Assembly (NCBI GenBank): GCA_963799275.1
Contig: CAWCWJ010000001.1
Coordinates: 197,071 to 261,070, forward strand
DNA from: an uncultured Alphaproteobacteria bacterium
Lineage (GTDB): Bacteria; Pseudomonadota; Alphaproteobacteria; Micavibrionales; Micavibrionaceae
DNA: 64,000 bases
Direction: 5' to 3'
The stretch's first letter is position 1. Every line of letters starts with the position of its first letter. Below are positions 1 through 9,614 of this stretch, piece by piece. Below the pieces are notes generated by a model that saw nothing but the letters and a program-made list of their open reading frames with translations, was not told the origin of the DNA and searched no databases. The position numbers and the translations under genes were made by a program.

Positions 1-1
1 C

Positions 2-685
2 TCACCATTGATAATATTATTCTATCCTTTTTTCGTTATTGAAATTTGTTTAAAATTATATGCTGATCGGTTGTCGTTTTTTAAATCCGGCTGGAATATT
101 TTTGATTTTATTATTGTCGGTATTGCGCTTGTTCCCGCCAGTGGGCCATTATCTGTCTTGCGGGCGTTGCGGGTGCTACGGCTATTACGGCTTCTTTCTA
201 TTGTGCCGCAATTACGGCGCGTCATTAATGCGATTGGATATTCTATACCCGGCATGATGTCGGTCATTGGCGTTCTGATGCTTATATTTTATGTCTCTGC
301 TGTTTTAACGACAAAACTTTTTGGCACACACCCCGACCCACAAATGCAAGAATGGTTTGGCACAATCGGCAGCTCCGCCTACACCCTTTTTCAGATTATG
401 ACATTGGAAAGCTGGTCTATGGGTATTGTACGCCCGACCATGGAAATCTTCCCTTATGCGTGGGTATTTTTTGTTCCTTTTATCATCATCACCAGCTTTG
501 CCGTTTTGAATTTATTTATTGGTATTATTGTCGATGCCATGTCATCTGCCCAAGAAAAACCACGCGAAAAAAGCACCCAAGAAATTAAAGATTTTACAGC
601 CGATGAAATGATTCATATTCATGAGCGGTTAGACGTATTACAAAAAGAGTTTCTATCTTTACAAAAAATACTTCGCAAAAAATAA
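2..685 (+). CDS. voltage-gated sodium channel, BacNav/NaChBac family (5' end outside window)
   Basis: The ORF is open to the window edge. S3 is GWNIFDFIIV. S4 has Arg at every third position (LRALRVLRLLRLL). The pore region FQIMTLESWSMGIVRP carries the BacNav TLESW selectivity filter. S6 is FAVLNLFIGIIVDAM, followed by a C-terminal helical tail. Confidence 0.85.
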   Translation, partial: SPLIILFYPFFVIEICLKLYADRLSFFKSGWNIFDFIIVGIALVPASGPLSVLRALRVLRLLRLLSIVPQLRRVINAIGYSIPGMMSVIGVLMLIFYVSAVLTTKLFGTHPDPQMQEWFGTIGSSAYTLFQIMTLESWSMGIVRPTMEIFPYAWVFFVPFIIITSFAVLNLFIGIIVDAMSSAQEKPREKSTQEIKDFTADEMIHIHERLDVLQKEFLSLQKILRKK

Positions 686-975
686 AGCCGCCTTTTGTTT
701 TTAAAAAACAGCTTTAATAAATAAAATCAGTGTAATTTTACGCTATTTATTTGCTTTGTTTTCGACTTTCATTTTTACAATAGGCTTTTTCGCTGGTTTT
801 TAACAAATACTGACGGACTATATTTTTCTCAATATAAAATAATTATGGTAATTGCTATAAATTTATGCTATACCCTTTTGCATAACTTTTCTTTTATAGA
901 ACAGATGGCGTATTGCCTCAACTTTATGTAGAATAAAAGAGAGAGAATTACAAAGTAAGGATAATAGAAAACGAT

Positions 976-1281
976 ATGATTAAATTTATTTATTTTTCAA
1001 TGGCTGTGGTTGTCTTTTCTTTTTTGATTGTTCCTTTTTTTAATGGAATATCTGCCGAACGCAATAAAATTAACATCCGCCCTTTGCAATTTTCTGATAA
1101 TCAAGCGCCATCACAAAATGAATTAACATTTGATGAAATTTACGCCTTGGCTAATGAAGAAAGTTTTGACCCGCAAAGCTTGAATAATATTGCCCCAGCG
1201 GCAGGAAATGAACAAACGGATATTTCGTATCCTAATGATTTTTCAAATCAAATCGAACGTGCGCCTCATCCAGCACTTTAA
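976..1281 (+). CDS. hypothetical small exported protein
   Basis: 101-aa ORF with an N-terminal hydrophobic signal-like segment (FSMAVVVFSFLIVPFFNGISA). I recognise no family. Confidence 0.4.
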   Translation: MIKFIYFSMAVVVFSFLIVPFFNGISAERNKINIRPLQFSDNQAPSQNELTFDEIYALANEESFDPQSLNNIAPAAGNEQTDISYPNDFSNQIERAPHPAL

Positions 1282-1287
1282 CATTAT

Positions 1288-1944
1288 TTAAGCCAATGCG
1301 GGAGCTGGAGCGGTAACTGTTGGGCTAGAATCTGATCTTTCCAAATCTGAGGAAGAATAACTGTATCGAATTGTACCAATAATACTATCTATTTTTTGTT
1401 CTACTCCCTCAATACCGATGCTATTCACCGCCGCGCCCACCTCTTGCTGAGCTTCGCCGACAGACTTATTTACAAGAGCATCATATTTATCTTTATGAAC
1501 ATGCAAGGGGCCCGCCCCATCATTATCGCTTCCATTACCTTTTTCAAACAAACTTGCTGGTGGTTGAGTAATAACTAGAACACCGCCATCGGGTGCCGCA
1601 ATTGTATACACCTCAACTGTAATTCCCCCTACTCTACCCTGTTCAAAATCAATACCAGGAGCCGCCGCATTTCCTTGACCATCAACAGCACCATCCAAGG
1701 TCCTAATACCTGATTTTAAAGAATTTATATCCTCTATAATATTTCGCATACTACCACGAAATATACGAGTAGGATCTAAACCACCCCCTAGAACAGCATC
1801 CATTGCTGTGCTTTTAACAACGCCACCAACATCAAGTTGATGATTAGGATCACCATGTTGTAATTGATTAATAATTTTAGAAGCGGTTTCGTTTAAACCA
1901 AGTGAAGTAGCTCCTCGTGCAATAAGATTGCTTAACTGAGTCAT
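1288..1944 (-). CDS. hypothetical protein
   Basis: 218-aa Gly/Ala/Ser-rich ORF with no recognisable motif. It is the only long ORF in this interval. Confidence 0.5.
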   Translation of the reverse strand: MTQLSNLIARGATSLGLNETASKIINQLQHGDPNHQLDVGGVVKSTAMDAVLGGGLDPTRIFRGSMRNIIEDINSLKSGIRTLDGAVDGQGNAAAPGIDFEQGRVGGITVEVYTIAAPDGGVLVITQPPASLFEKGNGSDNDGAGPLHVHKDKYDALVNKSVGEAQQEVGAAVNSIGIEGVEQKIDSIIGTIRYSYSSSDLERSDSSPTVTAPAPALA

Positions 1945-2014
1945 ATAAGTTTCTCCCTAATCATAATGATAATGTACCAGATAAAGGTTATTTTTTTATT
2001 AACATAATATAATT

Positions 2015-3223
2015 CTACAACATTTTAGGCAATAAAATCCAATATTGTCCTTTTGATTTCATTTGCCCTGCCATTTGTTCGGCATTTTTTCCATACCCCC
2101 AAAAGAAATCCCCCCGCACAGGGCCACGTATCGCTCCACCCGTATCTTGGGTAACCATCAAACGGTTGAGCATGGGCGCGGTAGCATTAGGATGCGCGGC
2201 ACTTAACCAAACAGGCGCACCATAGGGGATAAGCGAGCGATCAATCGCCAAAGATCGCAGGGGTGTCAACGCTACCCCTTGCCCACCAATTGGACCTTCG
2301 CCTTTAATTTCGCGAAAGAATACATAGGATTTATTGGTCGTCATAATCTCACGCGCTTGGGATGGGTTTGCCGCCAACCATGCCCGAATGGATTGCATTG
2401 AAACATTTTCTTTTGTCAAATGCCCCCGCTTTATCAACTCTTTACCAATCGCATAATAGGGATGACCATTTTGCCCCGCATACCCGACCCGCATGGTTGT
2501 TCCATCGGTTAAGGTTACAACGCCCGACCCCTGAATTTGTAGGAAAAAAGCATCAACCGCATCATTAACATAAACCAAAGGTTTATCTTGCGCGGGGGGC
2601 AATTTTCCATCAATAATTTGGGCATGGGTTTCATAGGGTTTTAAATTACCGCCCACAATACGCCCTGCGATACGCTGGCCTTTTAATTCTTCCCTAAAAT
2701 CACCCAATTGTACCATGACCAAATCATCGGGACGCATCCGCAAAGGGATTTGATATTGACCCGTTTTAACGCGTGATCCACGAAGCCCTGCCTCATAATA
2801 TCCTGTGAATAATCCTTGTGCCTCATCATTGTTTTTAATTTGATAAGGAATAAAATTTTGTTCGAAAAATTGACGCACCGCAATTGCGTTTGTTTGATTA
2901 ATATCGGCAAAACGACGGCACATAATTTGCCATTCTTGTGCCTTACCAAATCGTGGGTTTTTACCGATTAAATTTTGGGAAGGCCGATTTAAAATTGTTG
3001 CACAGCTACGGTTGTATGCCGTTGCAAAATCTATAAAATTCTCATTTTCCCATTGTGGCAAATCACTATATGTGGCAGCAGACAATAATAACTTATCAGA
3101 AATTTCTTCCGTACCCACTTCACTTTTTACAATAGGCTTTGTGTTTGTGTCTTGAGTAGATGTCCCACTACAAGCACTAAGCAAGATTGTTATAACAAAC
3201 GCACCACATAAATTTCTTATCAT
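2015..3223 (-). CDS. mltA: membrane-bound lytic murein transglycosylase A (lipoprotein)
   Basis: MltA/3D-domain signature at the C-terminus (LAIDRSLIPYGAPVWL ... TQDTGGAIRGPVRGDFFWG). I moved the start to Met48 of the tracked ORF (MIRNLCGAFVITILLSAC, lipobox LSAC). That start removes the overlap with the upstream tim44-like gene. Confidence 0.85.
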   Translation of the reverse strand: MIRNLCGAFVITILLSACSGTSTQDTNTKPIVKSEVGTEEISDKLLLSAATYSDLPQWENENFIDFATAYNRSCATILNRPSQNLIGKNPRFGKAQEWQIMCRRFADINQTNAIAVRQFFEQNFIPYQIKNNDEAQGLFTGYYEAGLRGSRVKTGQYQIPLRMRPDDLVMVQLGDFREELKGQRIAGRIVGGNLKPYETHAQIIDGKLPPAQDKPLVYVNDAVDAFFLQIQGSGVVTLTDGTTMRVGYAGQNGHPYYAIGKELIKRGHLTKENVSMQSIRAWLAANPSQAREIMTTNKSYVFFREIKGEGPIGGQGVALTPLRSLAIDRSLIPYGAPVWLSAAHPNATAPMLNRLMVTQDTGGAIRGPVRGDFFWGYGKNAEQMAGQMKSKGQYWILLPKML

Positions 3224-3242
3224 TCTTTTATATATTTTCTTT

Positions 3243-4013
3243 TTATTTTGTTTTACCTGCATCGGGGATGGGTGTTTTATGGTCTTCTTCTTCATCATCG
3301 CGTGTTTCATATAAAAACCATTCTGGCCCAGTGGCATTTTCGGGTTGTCCAAAAACCCATACATCTACCATTTTTGTAATTTTATCGGGCGTGCCTGAAA
3401 TAATTTCACCCTCTTTATCGCGAATGACACAAATCTCGTTCGCATAAAACCGTACTGTGATAAAGAAAATTTCATTTTTGATAAAGGCTTCAACAATATC
3501 CATCCGTTCGATGGATTGCACTTGGGTGGATACAATTTCGCCCTTATCCTCACGCATTTCAATGGCGGATTTAAACCCTTCAAACACTGGCTTATCCAAT
3601 AAATCACTTAATGTTTCCAAATCCCCATTGGCAAATGCCTCAATAATCATGGGAAAGGCATGCTCCGCCCCATTGATAAAATGCCCTAAATCAAAATCGG
3701 GCTTACTAATGGCAATATCATCTAAATTATTTTGTGCGGTTTTATTGTCGAAAAAAACATGGCGCGGCAAAGCCAAATTTTGCCCTGATAATGCATTTAA
3801 TTTAACAATATTATCTTCAAGGCGATTTGATTTTTTAGTTATGGGTGATAAAAAGCTTTCCGCATTTTCACCTTCTGATTTTTGCTCATTTCGTGTTTTA
3901 AAAATTTCTTCACGTTTTTCGTCATCTTCGTCGTCAGTTTGACCCAAAATAGATTTTAACCAAAAAACAAGTCCGGCTGCGATTATGATATATAGAAGAA
4001 GATCGGCGCTCAT
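3243..4013 (-). CDS. Tim44-like domain protein
   Basis: N-terminal TM helix, an acidic linker and a C-terminal Tim44-type domain. It occupies the conserved alphaproteobacterial position between fxsA/secB and mltA. Confidence 0.8.
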   Translation of the reverse strand: MSADLLLYIIIAAGLVFWLKSILGQTDDEDDEKREEIFKTRNEQKSEGENAESFLSPITKKSNRLEDNIVKLNALSGQNLALPRHVFFDNKTAQNNLDDIAISKPDFDLGHFINGAEHAFPMIIEAFANGDLETLSDLLDKPVFEGFKSAIEMREDKGEIVSTQVQSIERMDIVEAFIKNEIFFITVRFYANEICVIRDKEGEIISGTPDKITKMVDVWVFGQPENATGPEWFLYETRDDEEEDHKTPIPDAGKTK

Positions 4014-4067
4014 GAATAACTCTCTTTATTTATTGTTGTAAAATAGTTATAAAGCACCTTTACAACA

Positions 4068-4565
4068 ATGAAAAGAAAAGACGTTTTAAGAATGCCATTT
4101 TTAATTTTATTTATTCTTATCCCAATTGCCGAAGTGTACGCATTTTTAACTGTGGGTGATGAGATTGGTATATTGAACACTTTATTATTATGCATCGTGA
4201 CCGCATTTATTGGTGGTTTTTTGGTAAAACAGCAAGGGGTAGAAACTTTATTCAACGCCCAAAAGAATTTGCAAAGCGGTAAATTACCCATTCAACAGTT
4301 ATTTGATGGGTTTTGCCTTATTATTGCAGGTGCATTGCTATTAACACCAGGTTTTATAACAGATATTGCTGGATTTTTGCTATTACTGCCCCCATTTCGT
4401 CGTTTTCTAAGTCAAAAACTATCAAATTCAGATAGATTTAAGGTTTATACCAAACAAAACACTTCAAAAACCGATGATAATACCATAGAAGGTGATTTTG
4501 AAATTGTTCAAGATACGGTTGAAAATAACCCCGAAACCATAGAGAATACAAAAAACAAAAATTAA
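4068..4565 (+). CDS. fxsA: FxsA family membrane protein
   Basis: Typical FxsA motif LLLTPGFITDIAGFLLLLPPFRR and two N-terminal TM helices. Confidence 0.85.
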   Translation: MKRKDVLRMPFLILFILIPIAEVYAFLTVGDEIGILNTLLLCIVTAFIGGFLVKQQGVETLFNAQKNLQSGKLPIQQLFDGFCLIIAGALLLTPGFITDIAGFLLLLPPFRRFLSQKLSNSDRFKVYTKQNTSKTDDNTIEGDFEIVQDTVENNPETIENTKNKN

Positions 4566-4575
4566 GAGATTACCC

Positions 4576-5124
4576 ATGACTGATACCTCCCCCAATTCCC
4601 CCAATTCCCCCAAAGATATTATTGATAACGATGAAGATATTGGCGAAGTGGCACAAGCCCCCCTTATGATACATAAACAATTTTTAAAAGATTTGTCTTT
4701 TGAAAACCCAAATGCGCCAGAAGTTTTCTTTGGCGAGCAACAACGCCCTGTAATGGATATGAATATCGGAATAGACGTACAGCGTTTGGAAAACGATAAA
4801 CATGATTATTATTATGAAGTTTCCTTGCAGGTAACGGCCAATGCGACCCAAAATGGTAAAGCAATGTTTTTATGTGAAGTAACCTATTCGGCTGTGGTTT
4901 CAATTAATAATATGGATGAAAAACATCATCAAGCGCTACTTTTCGTAGAAGTGCCGCAATTAATTTTCCCTTATGCCCGTCAAATTATATCAAATGTAAG
5001 CCAATCAGGAGCTTTTATGCCCCTTCAACTTGCCCCTGTTGATTTTAGATCTATGTTTATAAAGCGTTTTGGCAAAAACAAGGAAAACACAAAAAATACT
5101 GAAAATACTGAAAATGCAGCTTAA
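4576..5124 (+). CDS. secB: protein-export chaperone SecB
   Basis: SecB core (IHKQFLKDLSFENPNAP ... LFVEVPQLIFPYARQIISNVSQSGAFMPLQLAPVDF). Confidence 0.9.
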   Translation: MTDTSPNSPNSPKDIIDNDEDIGEVAQAPLMIHKQFLKDLSFENPNAPEVFFGEQQRPVMDMNIGIDVQRLENDKHDYYYEVSLQVTANATQNGKAMFLCEVTYSAVVSINNMDEKHHQALLFVEVPQLIFPYARQIISNVSQSGAFMPLQLAPVDFRSMFIKRFGKNKENTKNTENTENAA

Positions 5125-5370
5125 ATTTATAATTTTCTTATTAAATTAAAAGCTTTTTCCTTAAAAACCCCTGTGATAGAATAATAAACAGCTTTATTCA
5201 CAGCTTTACCCCCACATAAAGTTTTGATTGGCGTTTGTATTCTTTGTTATTTTAACAATAATTTCACTTTGCAATGCGCCAATTCTGGCGACATATCAGC
5301 ATAACTCATTATTAACCTTTCACATGTTATTATGTGGGAGGGATATTACGTTTATAAAAGGGGTACGTTC

Positions 5371-8300
5371 ATGACGCACTGGACACAAAACGTTTTCAGC
5401 ATCTTAAACGCTAGAAAAAAACATCACCATTATCAGCCCCTTGTTAAGGAATCGGGGAATGTTTTCTTGATGCTTTTTGGCGCGGTTGCCATGGTGGGTG
5501 TCTTAGGCGCGTCGACCATGACCGTCCTTCGTGGCCCCGTCAAAACCATGTCCGAAGTCACAAAACGCACCTTGGCCGAAAATAATATGATGTCATCGGC
5601 ACGGATTGCTGTGGTTACAGCATCACAAGATGCAACAACATATGATTGTGATACAGATGGTGTTGTTGAACCTGATGCATTTGGTACGGCTATTACTGGT
5701 TTTACAGGGGGGGGAACAATACCCGCCACTATTGGTGTCAGCCGCCAAGACCCATGGGGAAACGAGTATGGATATTGCGTATGGGATCATGGTCCATCAA
5801 TAGATGCGGGGGGTTGTACAGGGGATAATCGCCTTGCAGGAGATAATAGCACAACATCAACTTCATATTCTGTTGCCTTGATATCTGCAGGACCCAATGG
5901 TCAATATGAAGCTGGGTGTTTACCATATGCAGGTAGTCCAGCCAGCCAAATTTCTAGGGGTGGCGATGATATTGTTCATACTTTATCCTATGATGATGCC
6001 GCCAATATCGCAGGTGGATTATGGAGCGAGGAAGGGTCAACGGCAGCTCGAATTTCACGCGATTTAATTGTCGATGATGGTGCATCCACCCCCATTGAAA
6101 CTTTAAATTTTACAGCATCTTCGGGTGATTTTAGCGTTTCTGGCTCTGGTCAATTTCCAGTAATTAATACGGATAATATTCAACCAATTTCCGCGGCAAG
6201 CTTACTTATTAGCGCCCCAACAATTATATCTGGCGATTTAACTGCATCTGGCAATATCTCAGGCGTAAATTTATTGGCGACAGGAACGCTTGATGTTACA
6301 GGCGCTTCATCCCTTGGTATATTAGGCGCAGGCGCGACAACAGTAACAACTTTGAACAGTTCAGGGTTGGCACAGTTAGATTCTTTAAACGTGTTTAATA
6401 ATGCTGATATAGATGGCAATTTGAATGTGGATGGCACACTCACCCTTGCCGATTTAGATGTACCAGGCAACACATCATTAGGGACAACGACTGCACAAGA
6501 AATTGCCCTAAATGGAACAATAACCACCGATATTTTAATAAGTGCAGGTAACTTAACCCTTACATCAGGCAATGCAACAATTGGTGGAACATTGGGTGCA
6601 GGGGCGACAATATTAGATTCCTTAACCGTAACAAATAATTTAACCGTAAATGGAAGTTTAGGCGCTGCATTAAACGCAGGTGGTTTTGGTATTACAAACT
6701 TACTTGACCCTTCCGCCCTTCAAGATGCCGCAACAAAAAGTTATGTTGATACTGAAATTTCTAGTGTCATGTCTGGCGGTGTAACGGAAGATGACCCATT
6801 TGTTGAAGATGTTCTGAACACAGGTGAATTATGTATCGGAAAGACAGGTAACATCGTTGGCTGTGATGTTAGTGCAGTCACTGCCTTTGAAACCGATCCC
6901 ACAATATCAACTTTGGCAAATGATGGAGATGTATGTGTTGTTAGTGGTACACAAATTATTTGTAATGTACCACAAGGAACAATTAGCGCTGGCGCAACTG
7001 GCCTTTGGTCGGATAACACGAATAGTATAAATTATCTAAGCCAATATATTATAAAATCTGGCCAAAACTCAACCACTGCTGGCCTTGATGGTGATGGCAC
7101 ACGCATGTTTTACGACACTAACGAAGGCGCACTTCGTGGTGGTCGTATTTTTGGTGGAAACACTGCTTGGCAGAACACAAATATTGGTAGATATTCATTA
7201 GCATGGGGTTACAATCCTTTAGCCAGCGGTGATAGTGCTACAGCATTAGGGAACAATACGACAGCTAGTGGTAATAATTCTACAGCTATGGGGTCAAATA
7301 CAACAGCTAGTGGTATTAGTTCTACAGCTTTGGGAGGTTTTGCAACTGCAAGTGGCAATAATTCCGTAGCTTTGGGACGAGCTACAAATGCTAGTGGAAC
7401 TGATTCTATCGCTATGGGTGGTGGTACATTTGCTAGTGGTAATAATTCTACAGCTATAGGAAGTCAATCAACTGCAAGTGGCACTCATTCTGTAGTTATA
7501 GGTCATCAATCAACTGCAAGTGGGTTCAGCTCAACTAGTTTTGGATATAGAGTAATAGCAGGATCAGGAGTACCACAACCTTTTGGTGGTAATTCGGGCG
7601 TTGGTAATTATTCTGTCGCTTTTGGATTAGGTAACTCTTCATTTACATTACCTCCTCGTGTTTCTGGTAATGAAAGTTTTGGAATTTTCTTTGGTGACCA
7701 ATCAGGGGAAGACATCACCGCAACGAATGTTCTGGCGTTAGAAGGAGGCTCACTCCTCCTCTCTAACGATTCAGGAACCGCGTGTGCGGCGGATAAACAA
7801 GGAGCCTTACGCCTTAACGCAACCGCAGACGGCCTTGAAATGTGCGATGGTGCAGGAACATGGACATCCACCTTCACAGGTGGCGGGGCCAGCGGTGGTG
7901 TGATTGCATTAAACGACCTAACAGATGTTTTATTTGACACAACAACTGATTATGATGGGGACACGTTGGATGATGATGATAATTTGTTTATTGGAATTAC
8001 CGCCGCCGCGTTAACAACAGGTAATCAAAATATAGTTATTGGCGCAACATCTGGTAATAATATTACAGAAGCCAATGGCGGTGTTATTATTGGTGCAGAT
8101 GCGGGTCGCTTACTTACTACGGGTAATGATAATACATTTATAGGGCAAGAAGCAGGTGAATTAACCACAACAGGGGAATTTAATACTTTTATTGGAAATG
8201 ACGCAGGTAAAAATAACAGTACAGGTTCATACAATGATTTTTTTGGTAAAAGCTCAGGTAGAGATAATACAACAGGAATACAAAACACCTTTTTAGGTAT

Positions 8301-9609
8301 CAGTAGTGGTACAAGTAATACGACAGGTAATCGTAATGTTTATATAGGTAATAGAGCAGGCCGAAATCTAACAGCGGGAGTTGATAATGTTATTGTTGGT
8401 CAATCTGCTGGGGAACAAACAACCAATGCTAGTCAATCTGTTTTTATCGGTCACCGATCAGGGATTAGTGCGGGTTCAAGAAACGCATTTGTTGGTTGGT
8501 ATTCAGGTAGAAATATAAGCGGCACGGGAAATATTGCAATGGGTGAAAATTCCGCAGGCAATGTTTCTAACGGGTCTGATAATGTTTTTCTTGGGTCTAA
8601 TGTTGCAGCATCATTATCATCTGGTGATAAAAATATTTACATTGGTAGTGATGTTGATTCATCTGCTGCAACGGTATCCGAAGAATTAAATATTGGGGAT
8701 CTAATTAAGGGTGATATCGGTACAACATCAACCGACCCCCGCATCGGCGCGCCAAAATATTGCGATGAAAATCTAGCCAATTGCTTTATCGCTACGGATG
8801 TTTCTAGCAATAATGCTGGCGGCGCAGACACGCAAATTCAATTTAACAATATTGGCGTATTGGATGGCGATGCGGCCTTCATATGGGATTCAACCAATGA
8901 TATTTTGGATGTGAATGGATCAATCAATGCACAAACACGCATAACCTTGGGCCAAACCACGGGCGCCGCCGCACCAACATACCCTAGCCCCGCAGATTTA
9001 TGGAGTAACGGTACTGGCGATGATATTTATTATAACACTGGCACCACACCACAAGTTGGTATCGGGACAACAACACCTGCTGAAGCCCTTGACGTTGTTG
9101 GGAACATTCAATATTCAGGAATTTTGGTTGATGCGTCCGACCGCCGATTGAAAGAGAATATCACCCCCCTTGATAACAAGACAATTTTATCGCGGATTGA
9201 ACAAATCGATACCTATTCATTCACCATGATTGGGGATGACAAAAAACAGATGGAGTTTGGTGTTATTGCCCAAGAATTGGAAAAAATATTCCCCGAATTG
9301 GTAACCGTTGCGAATGACGTAATGAAAACCCGACATGTTAATTATGTTGGCTTTATCGCGCCCTTAATTGAATCAACCAAGCAATTAAAAATAGAAAATG
9401 ATACTTTAAAGAACGAACTTTCCACCCTAAAAAACAATCAAGAACAAATCTTACAAGATATGGCAAAAATAAAATCTATAATGGGTATAAATTCAGCAAA
9501 GGGCGCAAAATTTAATTCTTATTTATTATTACTCTCATTAATAATTGGTGGTGGGATAATGGTTGCCTTTTCACGTCAACAAAAAGTTATTAGCGGTAAG
9601 GAAGTTTAA
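5371..9609 (+). CDS. giant surface fibre protein: pseudopilin-like N-terminus, YadA-like head repeats, tail-fibre-type G-x-x-N-x-F-I-G repeats, C-terminal peptidase S74 intramolecular chaperone domain
   Basis: Start chosen at the ATG at 5371, preceded by AAGGGG; the tracked ORF begins at 5332. N-terminal hydrophobic helix NVFLMLFGAVAMVGVLGAS. GspG-like motifs DPWGNEYGY, SAGPNG and GGDDI. Hep_Hag-like NSTAMGSNTTASG repeats. A phage-fibre motif ITNLLDPSALQDAATKSYVD. An S74 motif SDRRLKENITPL ... EFGVIAQELEKIFPELV. A coiled coil and a C-terminal TM helix. Confidence 0.75.
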   Translation: MTHWTQNVFSILNARKKHHHYQPLVKESGNVFLMLFGAVAMVGVLGASTMTVLRGPVKTMSEVTKRTLAENNMMSSARIAVVTASQDATTYDCDTDGVVEPDAFGTAITGFTGGGTIPATIGVSRQDPWGNEYGYCVWDHGPSIDAGGCTGDNRLAGDNSTTSTSYSVALISAGPNGQYEAGCLPYAGSPASQISRGGDDIVHTLSYDDAANIAGGLWSEEGSTAARISRDLIVDDGASTPIETLNFTASSGDFSVSGSGQFPVINTDNIQPISAASLLISAPTIISGDLTASGNISGVNLLATGTLDVTGASSLGILGAGATTVTTLNSSGLAQLDSLNVFNNADIDGNLNVDGTLTLADLDVPGNTSLGTTTAQEIALNGTITTDILISAGNLTLTSGNATIGGTLGAGATILDSLTVTNNLTVNGSLGAALNAGGFGITNLLDPSALQDAATKSYVDTEISSVMSGGVTEDDPFVEDVLNTGELCIGKTGNIVGCDVSAVTAFETDPTISTLANDGDVCVVSGTQIICNVPQGTISAGATGLWSDNTNSINYLSQYIIKSGQNSTTAGLDGDGTRMFYDTNEGALRGGRIFGGNTAWQNTNIGRYSLAWGYNPLASGDSATALGNNTTASGNNSTAMGSNTTASGISSTALGGFATASGNNSVALGRATNASGTDSIAMGGGTFASGNNSTAIGSQSTASGTHSVVIGHQSTASGFSSTSFGYRVIAGSGVPQPFGGNSGVGNYSVAFGLGNSSFTLPPRVSGNESFGIFFGDQSGEDITATNVLALEGGSLLLSNDSGTACAADKQGALRLNATADGLEMCDGAGTWTSTFTGGGASGGVIALNDLTDVLFDTTTDYDGDTLDDDDNLFIGITAAALTTGNQNIVIGATSGNNITEANGGVIIGADAGRLLTTGNDNTFIGQEAGELTTTGEFNTFIGNDAGKNNSTGSYNDFFGKSSGRDNTTGIQNTFLGISSGTSNTTGNRNVYIGNRAGRNLTAGVDNVIVGQSAGEQTTNASQSVFIGHRSGISAGSRNAFVGWYSGRNISGTGNIAMGENSAGNVSNGSDNVFLGSNVAASLSSGDKNIYIGSDVDSSAATVSEELNIGDLIKGDIGTTSTDPRIGAPKYCDENLANCFIATDVSSNNAGGADTQIQFNNIGVLDGDAAFIWDSTNDILDVNGSINAQTRITLGQTTGAAAPTYPSPADLWSNGTGDDIYYNTGTTPQVGIGTTTPAEALDVVGNIQYSGILVDASDRRLKENITPLDNKTILSRIEQIDTYSFTMIGDDKKQMEFGVIAQELEKIFPELVTVANDVMKTRHVNYVGFIAPLIESTKQLKIENDTLKNELSTLKNNQEQILQDMAKIKSIMGINSAKGAKFNSYLLLLSLIIGGGIMVAFSRQQKVISGKEV

Positions 9610-9614
9610 TTTAA

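Noticed and set aside
3365-4291. ORFs of 80, 161 and 93 aa overlapping the tim44-like gene and fxsA
   Set aside because: They are alternative-frame or antisense ORFs within genes that have clear family signatures.
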